Assembly (NCBI GenBank): GCA_040219255.1
Contig: JAVJSW010000049.1
Coordinates: 176,893 to 240,892, forward strand
Length of the DNA: 64,000 nt
DNA from: Sumerlaeia bacterium
Lineage (GTDB): Bacteria; Sumerlaeota; Sumerlaeia; SLMS01; JAHLLQ01
Reading direction: 5' to 3'
The notes under the pieces were generated by a model that was given only the letters and a program-made list of their open reading frames with translations, was not told where the DNA came from and did no database searches. A program made the position numbers and the translations under genes. Positions 30,326 through 40,396 of this stretch are shown here, piece after piece (within the stretch, counting starts at the first letter, position 1; each line of letters opens with the position of its first letter).

Positions 30326-31708
30326 ATGTCCGACGAGAAGTTGCTCAGTAAGACGCTCACTTTCGGTGTGGGCTTCCCCTACGCTTTCAATGTCAGGAAG
30401 GGCACCATTGAACCCCTTCAGGATGATGTGCGGAAAGCGGTCTATGAACACATGCGGCGCGCATCCTGTGCGGTTGCCCAAGCCTGCAACATCGAAACCG
30501 CCAAACGGTACGTTCAGGTAACCCTCGGGATCGACAAGTCCCAGGAGGAAATTAAACCATCCAACCCCGCCCTGCGCAAGCGCGTTGCCGATTGTGACTG
30601 GATTGCCGGGGGAACTCTTTCCCAGTCCTATAAGCTGACGGACCCACACTTCGCGGGTGACCATGGTAAGGAGCTTATCACAGTCGGTTCGCGCCAACTC
30701 CCAACCCATCGCACCGACGGCTCCCATCCAATCCCTTTTCGCCATGATGGCACACGCCTTTTCCTGCATGAGAAGGCCTACTGGCTTTGCGTTCAATTGC
30801 TTGAAGTCAAGTACGCAAAAACCAACAATCTGCCCAATTGGCTGGCCTTTCCCATCATCGCCAAGAAACGGGACAAGACACTCAATGGTCAACTCCAGCG
30901 GCTGACCACCGGGGAATGGATGCTACGCAATTCGCGCCTCGCCCGGAACATGCGCCGCAAAGGCCCCCGGTGGAATGGCCAGGTCGTCCTGCAGTACAAA
31001 CCCGAACCGTACAAGACCCTCAATCCCGGCGTCGTGATGGGGATCGACCTGGGGGTCAATGCGCCGGCCGCCATCCATATTCGCCCCCAGGGCTCGGAAG
31101 CCGGTGAGCATTGGGCCATGATCGTCGGCAACGGTCGCCAACTTCTTGCCTCGCGCAATGTCATCCGGTCGGAAATCCGAACTATCGTCCGCGGCCTCCG
31201 CGCCAAAGACAGCGGCCTCATCGGGGGCGCCCGCGCTCAGGCCCAGGAACGACTCCGTGACCTTCGCAAAAAGGAAAAAGCCATCATCAAGACCGGCTCT
31301 CAGCGAATCGCCAAACAAATCGCCGAGGCCGCCCGCCGCAATGGCGCTGGGACGTGGCAACTGGAAGACCTGAAGCTCAAGGGTGGGCTCAAGGAAGACA
31401 GTTGGCTGGCCCGCAATTGGGCGCCGGGGACCCTGATCGACGCCATTCGATGGAACGCGCAGAAACTTGGCGTGAGCCTCGTGCTCGTCAATCCGGCTTA
31501 CACGTCCCAGCGCTGCGCCAAGTGTGGCCACATTTCCCGGGCGAATCGCCCCAAGGCCAGCAAAGGGCAGGAGCACTTTCAATGTGTCGCCTGTGGCCGC
31601 AAAGAAAACGCCGACAAGAACGCCGCCAGAAATCTGTCCATCACCGGCATTCAGGACTTGATCGCTGCCACGGTTCCGCCTAAAGAAGAGTCCAATGGCT
31701 CTGAATAG
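30326..31708 (+). CDS. cas12f: Compact type V CRISPR effector, Cas12f1/TnpB-like RNA-guided nuclease (460 aa)
   Basis: RuvC-I MGIDLG (D241), RuvC-II GTWQLEDL (E347), zinc ribbon YTSQRCAKCG..FQCVACG, RuvC-III NADKNAARNL (D430); directly upstream of a CRISPR array; no tnpA adjacent. Confidence 0.88.
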   Translation: MSDEKLLSKTLTFGVGFPYAFNVRKGTIEPLQDDVRKAVYEHMRRASCAVAQACNIETAKRYVQVTLGIDKSQEEIKPSNPALRKRVADCDWIAGGTLSQSYKLTDPHFAGDHGKELITVGSRQLPTHRTDGSHPIPFRHDGTRLFLHEKAYWLCVQLLEVKYAKTNNLPNWLAFPIIAKKRDKTLNGQLQRLTTGEWMLRNSRLARNMRRKGPRWNGQVVLQYKPEPYKTLNPGVVMGIDLGVNAPAAIHIRPQGSEAGEHWAMIVGNGRQLLASRNVIRSEIRTIVRGLRAKDSGLIGGARAQAQERLRDLRKKEKAIIKTGSQRIAKQIAEAARRNGAGTWQLEDLKLKGGLKEDSWLARNWAPGTLIDAIRWNAQKLGVSLVLVNPAYTSQRCAKCGHISRANRPKASKGQEHFQCVACGRKENADKNAARNLSITGIQDLIAATVPPKEESNGSE

Positions 31709-32046
31709 AGCAGTTCGCCTGGGTGAATTGGAATCTCGCGATTCCTCTTCGGCTGGACGTGTGGCCTTCTCGCAGGCCAATCGGACCGGACCACTCCGGA
31801 GAGTGAATCCGGATCCGGAAGTCGCTTCTCGCAAGCGATGGCTGTCCCGATATCGGGACATGATACCTCGATTTCTTCCGCCAACCCCAAGCCAACAGGC
31901 TAAACCGGGGAGGACGGCGAAAACTGAAATCGTTGAGCTTAGGCGAAATTCTGAGCCCTGTGCATGGCGTCGGAAGGAGGGTCAAGGCGAGGTCGGCGAT
32001 GCCGCTAATCTTCGCCCCTGAGTTTGTTGACTTTGAGACATGGGCG
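31709..32046 (+). ncRNA. Putative tracrRNA plus short leader
   Basis: Nearly continuous hairpins; 31949-31970 complementary to the repeat; CCTCT at 31744-31748 complementary to the repeat 3' end AGAGG; boundaries unknown. Confidence 0.65.
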
Positions 32047-32877
32047 GTCGCAACTCGCGCTTAGGCAGGGATCAGAGGGGAAAGCTCCAGCACCGCCGGA
32101 CCGCCCCCGTCGCCCGTCGCAACTCGCGCTTAGGCAGGGATCAGAGGGAGTACACGCTGCTCGATCCGCCGCTGAACATCAAGTCGCAACTCGCGCTTAG
32201 GCAGGGATCAGAGGTGTAAGCAACTACTCAGAGACGCAGAGGAGAAAGAGTCGCAACTCGCGCTTAGGCAGGGATCAGAGGAACGTTTTGCCACACGGTT
32301 CGCAGTTCGGCATCCGTCGCAACTCGCGCTTAGGCAGGGATCAGAGGTTTTCTTCGACCCTTGGCATCATGAGCGAGAAATGTCGCAACTCGCGCTTAGG
32401 CAGGGATCAGAGGAACGGCTGGGTCAAATAACGTCAAGCGGTACGCGTCGCAACTCGCGCTTAGGCAGGGATCAGAGGCTCTTCTCCCGGAAGGAAATCA
32501 CCGAATTGCGAGGTCGCAACTCGCGCTTAGGCAGGGATCAGAGGAACGTCGACCCGGATGGGCACGAGAAGCACGTCCGTCGCAACTCGCGCTTAGGCAG
32601 GGATCAGAGGGAGATGCCAACGGGCGAGACCACCCCAAGACGATAGAGTCGCAACTCGCGCTTAGGCAGGGATCAGAGGACCATCACGGCGGTGGCGGCA
32701 TAATGGCTGAGCGTCGCAACTCGCGCTTAGGCAGGGATCAGAGGGGTGTCCAGGTAGGTGTTGTGCAGCCCGGCCCCCGTCGCAACTCGCGCTTAGGCAG
32801 GGATCAGAGGACGGCTCGCCGGTTCGTACGCGCAACCAGCGCCAGGTCGCAACTTGCGCCCAGGCAGGCATCAGCCC
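32047..32877 (+). CRISPR. CRISPR array: 12 identical 32-bp repeats plus 1 degenerate terminal repeat, 12 unique spacers of 33-37 bp
   Basis: Repeat GTCGCAACTCGCGCTTAGGCAGGGATCAGAGG at 32047, 32116, 32183, 32250, 32316, 32382, 32447, 32513, 32579, 32648, 32713, 32779; degenerate copy at 32846 implies + orientation. Confidence 0.99.
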
Positions 32878-32928
32878 CCCCCACACCGTTAAAACCCACA
32901 AGTTTAACCGCCCTTTGTCACGCGACAG
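32875..32928 (+). repeat. Left copy of ~54-bp inverted repeat flanking acnA
   Basis: C8-ACACCGTTAAAACCCACAAGTTTAACCGCCCT-ttg-TCACGCGACAG; reverse complement of 36003-36056. Confidence 0.9.
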
Positions 32929-33177
32929 GCCCGGCCGTTTCTCGTAGCTTGCTCTCCAGTTCGCTGCGAAGGAGAGGGCCCCATGCTCAGGAACCCGTTC
33001 ACCCGATCCAGGTGCCGCCGTGGGGCGGCGTGCGCGCGGGCGCCAACACCCGCTTGCGTCCGCCGCACGGTTCTCGCTAAAGCCTTGTGTCATCGGCGGC
33101 GCCCGTTCGCGGGCGAGCAGGCCCTGTGCGCCGCGCGGTGAACTCAACACGTGTACCCTAAGATCAAGGATCGTCCC

Positions 33178-35868
<2,691 letters not shown>

Positions 35869-36002
35869 GAACCGCCGTGCGGCGTGCTGCGTTCCGCGTG
35901 CTTCGTAGAGGGCGCGGGGCGGAGTTGCGAGTGAGACGGACATGATGGGCGCTGCCTTTCCCGGGGTGGATTAGAGAGGGAGGCTAAGGGAAAGGCGGCG
36001 CG

Positions 36003-36057
36003 CTGTCGCGTGAGTTAGGGCGGTTAAACTTGTGGGTTTTAACGGTGTGGGGGGGGG
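36003..36057 (-). repeat. Right copy of ~54-bp inverted repeat flanking acnA
   Basis: CTGTCGCGTGA-gtt-AGGGCGGTTAAACTTGTGGGTTTTAACGGTGT-G9. Confidence 0.9.
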
Positions 36058-36250
36058 CGCAAGAGCAAGACAATGGTGGGGACGTCAGGATTCACCTTAG
36101 GCCAGCATTCTCTTCGATTCAGCTCGGATTGACAGGCGCACTCCGTAGCGATACGATGTCATTTGTGGTCGATTGCAATCTAGTCAATTGAACCACATAT
36201 GATTTGATTGTGCCTAGGAGATTGATCCACATCGAGAAAGATTGTCCTCT

Positions 36251-37318
36251 ATGAAAACTTCTCAACCAATTCAGAAGACCGAGTCCTTTGTCGCGATTGC
36301 CCATTCAATCTACGTATCTAGGGGAGGAGCTTGGCCAAGCAAATCCGAATTACCTATGGGACTTGGAAATGGCTTGTTCATCGCTGATAAGGAGTATCTG
36401 ATGGGAATGGTTGACGTCGGTTGGCGCAGGCATGCTGATAGAGAAGTGAATAGACTCAAGCAATCTAACTTTGTCATTCTCAAGACAGGAAACTCGCACA
36501 GCCCCTTCGATTTTGATAAGAGCATCGAACTTCTAGCACATTGCGACCGTTTTTTTTGCGCTCTAGCTATGTGTGGAGTCGGATTCGGCGTTCAATCATT
36601 AAATTCTGGAGTTGAAATTATTGGAGAGTATTCAGGAGAGTCACCAGAGATCAGGAGCATGAGCTACATCCCAACATTCTACGGTCCTTGGAAAGGTTCT
36701 GAGTCTTCGTGGGAAGCAATTTCCCCTATTGATATATCAGAAAATGTCATCTTTAGAGCCCAAGCAATCACTTCCGGACTTGAGCGAATTGCCATGGCAG
36801 AGGGCGATTATGAGAGGCTTAATAAGGCATACTACATGTGGGGCATTGGGATGAAGACGTGGGACTGCCAAGAAAGATTAATACAGTTCGTACGCACAAT
36901 TGAATGTCTCTTCCCAGAGAAAGATTATGGAAAGAATAAATTTTGCGAGAATGGAAGAAAGAGCTTTTTCGTGTCGGCAGAAGCAGGTGGTGAAAAAAAA
37001 TCTATCCTATGGCGTTTGTATGAGATCAGGAATAAGCTGCAACACAATGCAAGCCTTTGTAGCGTCATTGAAGATTTCGGACCAAATGACGAGTCTAAGC
37101 ATCGTGTCATGGAACATTCCCTCCAGGCGGAGCTACTGGCATCTAATGCTCTTAGAAGGGTTCTTTCCAGCCCCAGCATAATACGTCATTATATAAATAA
37201 TGATGCGGTCGAAAGTCTATTCGCAGAGTTGCCGAATTCTAAGTATGCTTGTTTAGGCCAAGACTTTGATGTCTTGCACGAAATTGACAGCCGCCGCTCC
37301 ACTCAGACCGAAGTCTAG
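36251..37318 (+). CDS. Low-GC hypothetical protein with C-terminal HEPN-like RxxxxH motif
   Basis: Markedly AT-rich compared with its flanks; RLIQFVRTIECLF...LYEIRNKLQHN. Confidence 0.7.
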   Translation: MKTSQPIQKTESFVAIAHSIYVSRGGAWPSKSELPMGLGNGLFIADKEYLMGMVDVGWRRHADREVNRLKQSNFVILKTGNSHSPFDFDKSIELLAHCDRFFCALAMCGVGFGVQSLNSGVEIIGEYSGESPEIRSMSYIPTFYGPWKGSESSWEAISPIDISENVIFRAQAITSGLERIAMAEGDYERLNKAYYMWGIGMKTWDCQERLIQFVRTIECLFPEKDYGKNKFCENGRKSFFVSAEAGGEKKSILWRLYEIRNKLQHNASLCSVIEDFGPNDESKHRVMEHSLQAELLASNALRRVLSSPSIIRHYINNDAVESLFAELPNSKYACLGQDFDVLHEIDSRRSTQTEV

Positions 37319-37363
37319 GGGGTTTGCCGCTTAGTGAAGCCAAATATGTAGGTATCGAAGCCT

Positions 37364-38056
37364 TCACCACGGCCTCGGCGCATCCATCGCGAAAAACGGC
37401 AGGAACTCGCCGCTGGCTTCGCTGATGAGGATGTCGCGGTTGGCTTCGATTTCCGATTGCCAGGCGTGGGAGAGGTCGCGGGGGAAGCCTCGGACGATTT
37501 TCTCGCTGTAGCGCCGCGCCTGCTGCCAGACGGGGTGCGAGTGCGGTGCGGTGTCGAGGAGCCATGAGACCAAAGCCAATGCCCAATCGGGGGATTTGCT
37601 TAAATCATGGCACACCCGGGCGAGTTCGTAAACGCTTAAAAGAAAGCGGTTGTAATCTTCTTCTTCCTCGACGGCGGATTGCATCAGGGCGCGGGCGTAG
37701 ATGAGGGCGCGTTTGTTCTCGGCGCGCAGCAGGAGGGCGATGTCGAGGAACTTCATGAAGGCGAAGTTGCGGACGGCGACGGGCAGGTGGGGGTCGTCGG
37801 TGGCGATGTTGATGGCGCGGTCGATTTGATTGAGGGCGTCGCCGGCGCGGCCGCAAACGGCGTTCATCTGGGCGAGGTTGGCGCGGCAGATGAGGAGCGG
37901 CCGCTTGTCGTCGAGTTCCTCGGCGAGGCGCACGGCGCGGTGCATTTTGGGCAGGGCGGGGTCGAGATCGGGCGGGTTCTTGCCGCTGAACAAGGTGGCA
38001 GCCTCGCGCATCAGGGCGCTGATTCGCTGGCGCTTGAGCTTGTCGTCGTAATCCAT
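37364..38056 (-). CDS. Hypothetical all-alpha (TPR-like) protein
   Basis: Host-like codon usage; helical pattern such as NLAQMNAVCGRAGDALNQIDRAI. Confidence 0.6.
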   Translation of the reverse strand: MDYDDKLKRQRISALMREAATLFSGKNPPDLDPALPKMHRAVRLAEELDDKRPLLICRANLAQMNAVCGRAGDALNQIDRAINIATDDPHLPVAVRNFAFMKFLDIALLLRAENKRALIYARALMQSAVEEEEDYNRFLLSVYELARVCHDLSKSPDWALALVSWLLDTAPHSHPVWQQARRYSEKIVRGFPRDLSHAWQSEIEANRDILISEASGEFLPFFAMDAPRPW

Positions 38057-38166
38057 CGGCCTGGCTTTCCGGCGCGGGCGGGGGAGGAAATCGCCTGCCA
38101 AAACGGCTCCCGCACTGGTGAGCATGGCGGAAATCGCCGCCACGATCAATGGGAAACACTTTGGCG

Positions 38167-39003
38167 TTAGTTGCCCTTTGATAAAAGTCGAGACACCAAC
38201 CGCCCCCCGAACCCTCGCCTCCCCCCCGCCTCCGGCACCTCCCCAAACACATCCCACCCGTTCGCCTCCAGCGCATCCAACCGGCCGTGATAATATCCGG
38301 TGGTGGCTTTGAGGAGGTTGCGCGGCGGGCCGGGGGCAAGGAGCGCGGCGCCGGCTTCGCCTTGGGTCAGGAGTTTGCGGGCGCGTTCGGCCTCGAAGGC
38401 CACGAGGTCGCGCAGGGCGGGGGTGGGTTGGCGGGTGGTGAAGATGGATTCTTCGACCCCGAAGTTGGCCAGATCGTCGAGGGGCAACGCGATGACGCCG
38501 CGTTCGAGATCGGCGGGCACGCTGGTGAGGAGTTGGGCGAGGCGGACACCATTGCCCCCGGCCAAGGCAGGCCCCCGGGCGGCGGCCGGATCGGCGCCGA
38601 GGACCTGGGCGAGGAGCAGGGCGAGGGTGCCGCCGGTTTGCTGGAGCTGGCCTTCGAGCTGGCGCCAGTCGCGCACCGACCGGCGGAAGACCTCCGCGCC
38701 GAGGCCGTCCATCAGCATGGTCAGGCGCAGGCGCGGGATGGCGTGGCGGGCGGCGATGGCGGCGGCGGTACGAAAGGGCTCGGGCGTGGCGGCGGGGTCC
38801 GCGAAGGCCTCGGCGAGGCGGGCGTGGGCGGTGGCCTGGATGTCGGCGAAGGCGCCGCCGCTGGCGCGGTGGGCGGTGTGGAACTGATGGCGGATTTCGT
38901 GGGCGAAGGCAAGCAGGCCGCGGACGTCCTGGCGCTGCGGTTTCGGCAGACGGCCCAGGGCAGAGGCGATGGGCGGTGGCGGGTCGGGGGATGAGAGGGG
39001 CAT
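38167..39003 (-). CDS. Squalene/phytoene synthase family protein, degenerate active site
   Basis: DLERG.I.LP.DDL..FGV, L.DLVAFE.ERAR, Y..RLD.LE..GWDVF; Asp-rich motifs missing. Confidence 0.75.
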   Translation of the reverse strand: MPLSSPDPPPPIASALGRLPKPQRQDVRGLLAFAHEIRHQFHTAHRASGGAFADIQATAHARLAEAFADPAATPEPFRTAAAIAARHAIPRLRLTMLMDGLGAEVFRRSVRDWRQLEGQLQQTGGTLALLLAQVLGADPAAARGPALAGGNGVRLAQLLTSVPADLERGVIALPLDDLANFGVEESIFTTRQPTPALRDLVAFEAERARKLLTQGEAGAALLAPGPPRNLLKATTGYYHGRLDALEANGWDVFGEVPEAGGRRGFGGRLVSRLLSKGN

Positions 39004-39175
39004 GGGTTGGGTGACGGGCCGCGTTCGGCTGGCTGTGAGTCTGGTCAGAGCATGCGGCGTGCCGTGTTCGGTGCGCAACGTGATTGGGCTGGGCCTCGCG
39101 GCGGGAGAGCGAGAACTGTTACCGATGTCTCCGGTGTCGAGCGTCAGGCCTATGCCTGGTCGAACGAAATGCCGT

Positions 39176-40357
39176 TCAGGCCGCGCCCCCTGCCAGTAAT
39201 GCCACCGCGCCTGGAATCAGGTTCCGCAGCGCCATGGCGAACCCCCATCCGGTCAGGAGCCCGCAGGCCAGGATCATGGCGTACTCGTAGCCGTAGAGCC
39301 GGGCGAGGGTCCAGCGGCTGGCGCCGAGAGCGACCATGGTGCGGCGCTCCGCCGCCCGCAGCCGCAGCGACAGCAGGCCGATCAGCACGAGGAACAGCAG
39401 GCCGCTGAGGGTGACGAAGGCGACGTTGGCGTCGAAGAGGCGCTTGGCGCGCAGAATGAGCGCCATGGTTTCCTCGACGACTCGCAGGGGAACGACGATC
39501 TGGGCGCTTTGGCCTTTGCCGAGATAGCGGCCGCGCAGGAGGGCCTCGGCCTTTTCGCTCTTCGGCACGGCGATCAGCGCCGTGATAGGCAGCGCCTCGG
39601 GCTCGGCGTGAAAGTGGAACGTCCCGCGGTTCTCGTCGGTGATGACCGTATAGGGCACCACGGCGGCGTTGGCGGTCACGTTGCCGGTGGCGTCGCGGTC
39701 GAGGACGAGGGCTTCGTTCCGCGCCACGTCCTCATGACCGTGGCCGATGCCATCGATGATCCATGCGGTCTTGGTATCGACGAAGACGGCTTCGTCGTCT
39801 GCTGTGCGAGCGGGCGCCAGAACGCCCCGGACGTTGAGCTGCAGCGGCTTGGCCCCCGCCAGATCGAACAGGTTGGCGGTGTCCGTGACCAGCGTGTCGC
39901 CCGGCTCGAGGCCGAGCGTCTGCGCCGCCACCGCGCCGAGCACGCAGTCGCCGATGACCAGCAGCGGCGCACCGGCGGCGAGTTCGAGGCCGCGGAAGCC
40001 AAAGTAGTCGGGGCTTGTGCCCACCACGGGGAAATCGCCGGCCGTGTAGCGCACGTGGAGAGGAATGGCCAGGGCGTAGCCGCTGTCGCGGACGCGATGA
40101 GCTTCCGCCAGCGAGATTTCCTCCGCCGCTTGGCCCTTGAAATAGAGCGTGTGTAAGACGAGATCGAGTTCGCTGCCTTTGGGCCCGATCACCAGCGGCG
40201 TGGCGCGGGCGCGGGCGAGCCATTGGCTCTCGAATTCGATCAGCAGTCCGTTCAGCGCCACCGGCATCGCCACCATGAGCGCGATCGCCACCATCAGAAT
40301 CATGCTGCGGGGCCAATGGTAGGTAAGCGAACGGAGCGCGAGGCGGAAAACGGTCAT
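39176..40357 (-). CDS. ABC transporter permease (FtsX/MacB-like)
   Basis: LALRSL..H..RS, PLVIGPKGS.LDLVL..LYF, PVVGT..DYF, ER.TM.ALGASR. Confidence 0.8.
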   Translation of the reverse strand: MTVFRLALRSLTYHWPRSMILMVAIALMVAMPVALNGLLIEFESQWLARARATPLVIGPKGSELDLVLHTLYFKGQAAEEISLAEAHRVRDSGYALAIPLHVRYTAGDFPVVGTSPDYFGFRGLELAAGAPLLVIGDCVLGAVAAQTLGLEPGDTLVTDTANLFDLAGAKPLQLNVRGVLAPARTADDEAVFVDTKTAWIIDGIGHGHEDVARNEALVLDRDATGNVTANAAVVPYTVITDENRGTFHFHAEPEALPITALIAVPKSEKAEALLRGRYLGKGQSAQIVVPLRVVEETMALILRAKRLFDANVAFVTLSGLLFLVLIGLLSLRLRAAERRTMVALGASRWTLARLYGYEYAMILACGLLTGWGFAMALRNLIPGAVALLAGGAA

Positions 40358-40396
40358 GGTCCGAGGCGGGCGCGGAGGGCGGCCAGCGTTGAAGCC

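Noticed and set aside
30326-31708. Interpretation as an IS200/IS605/IS607 TnpB transposon, or as a nuclease-dead TldR/dCas12f/Cas12k regulator
   Set aside because: No tnpA, Tn7-like genes or sigma factor is nearby, a true CRISPR array follows, and all three RuvC acidic residues are intact.
32215-32249. Spacer 3 (CAGAGACGCAGAGGAG) as self-targeting the REP-like tract at 13381-13412
   Set aside because: Only low-complexity resemblance, with no contiguous match.
36550-37000. T8 and A8 homopolymers in the HEPN-like gene as phase-variation tracts
   Set aside because: Such runs are expected in AT-rich sequence and the ORF is in frame; there is no evidence without reads.
36003-37360. Integron attI/attC cassette or dif module around the low-GC gene
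   Set aside because: GTTAAAC fits GTTRRRY, but no attC stem with a matching RYYYAAC follows the gene, there is no integrase, and the palindrome spacing does not fit XerC/D dif.
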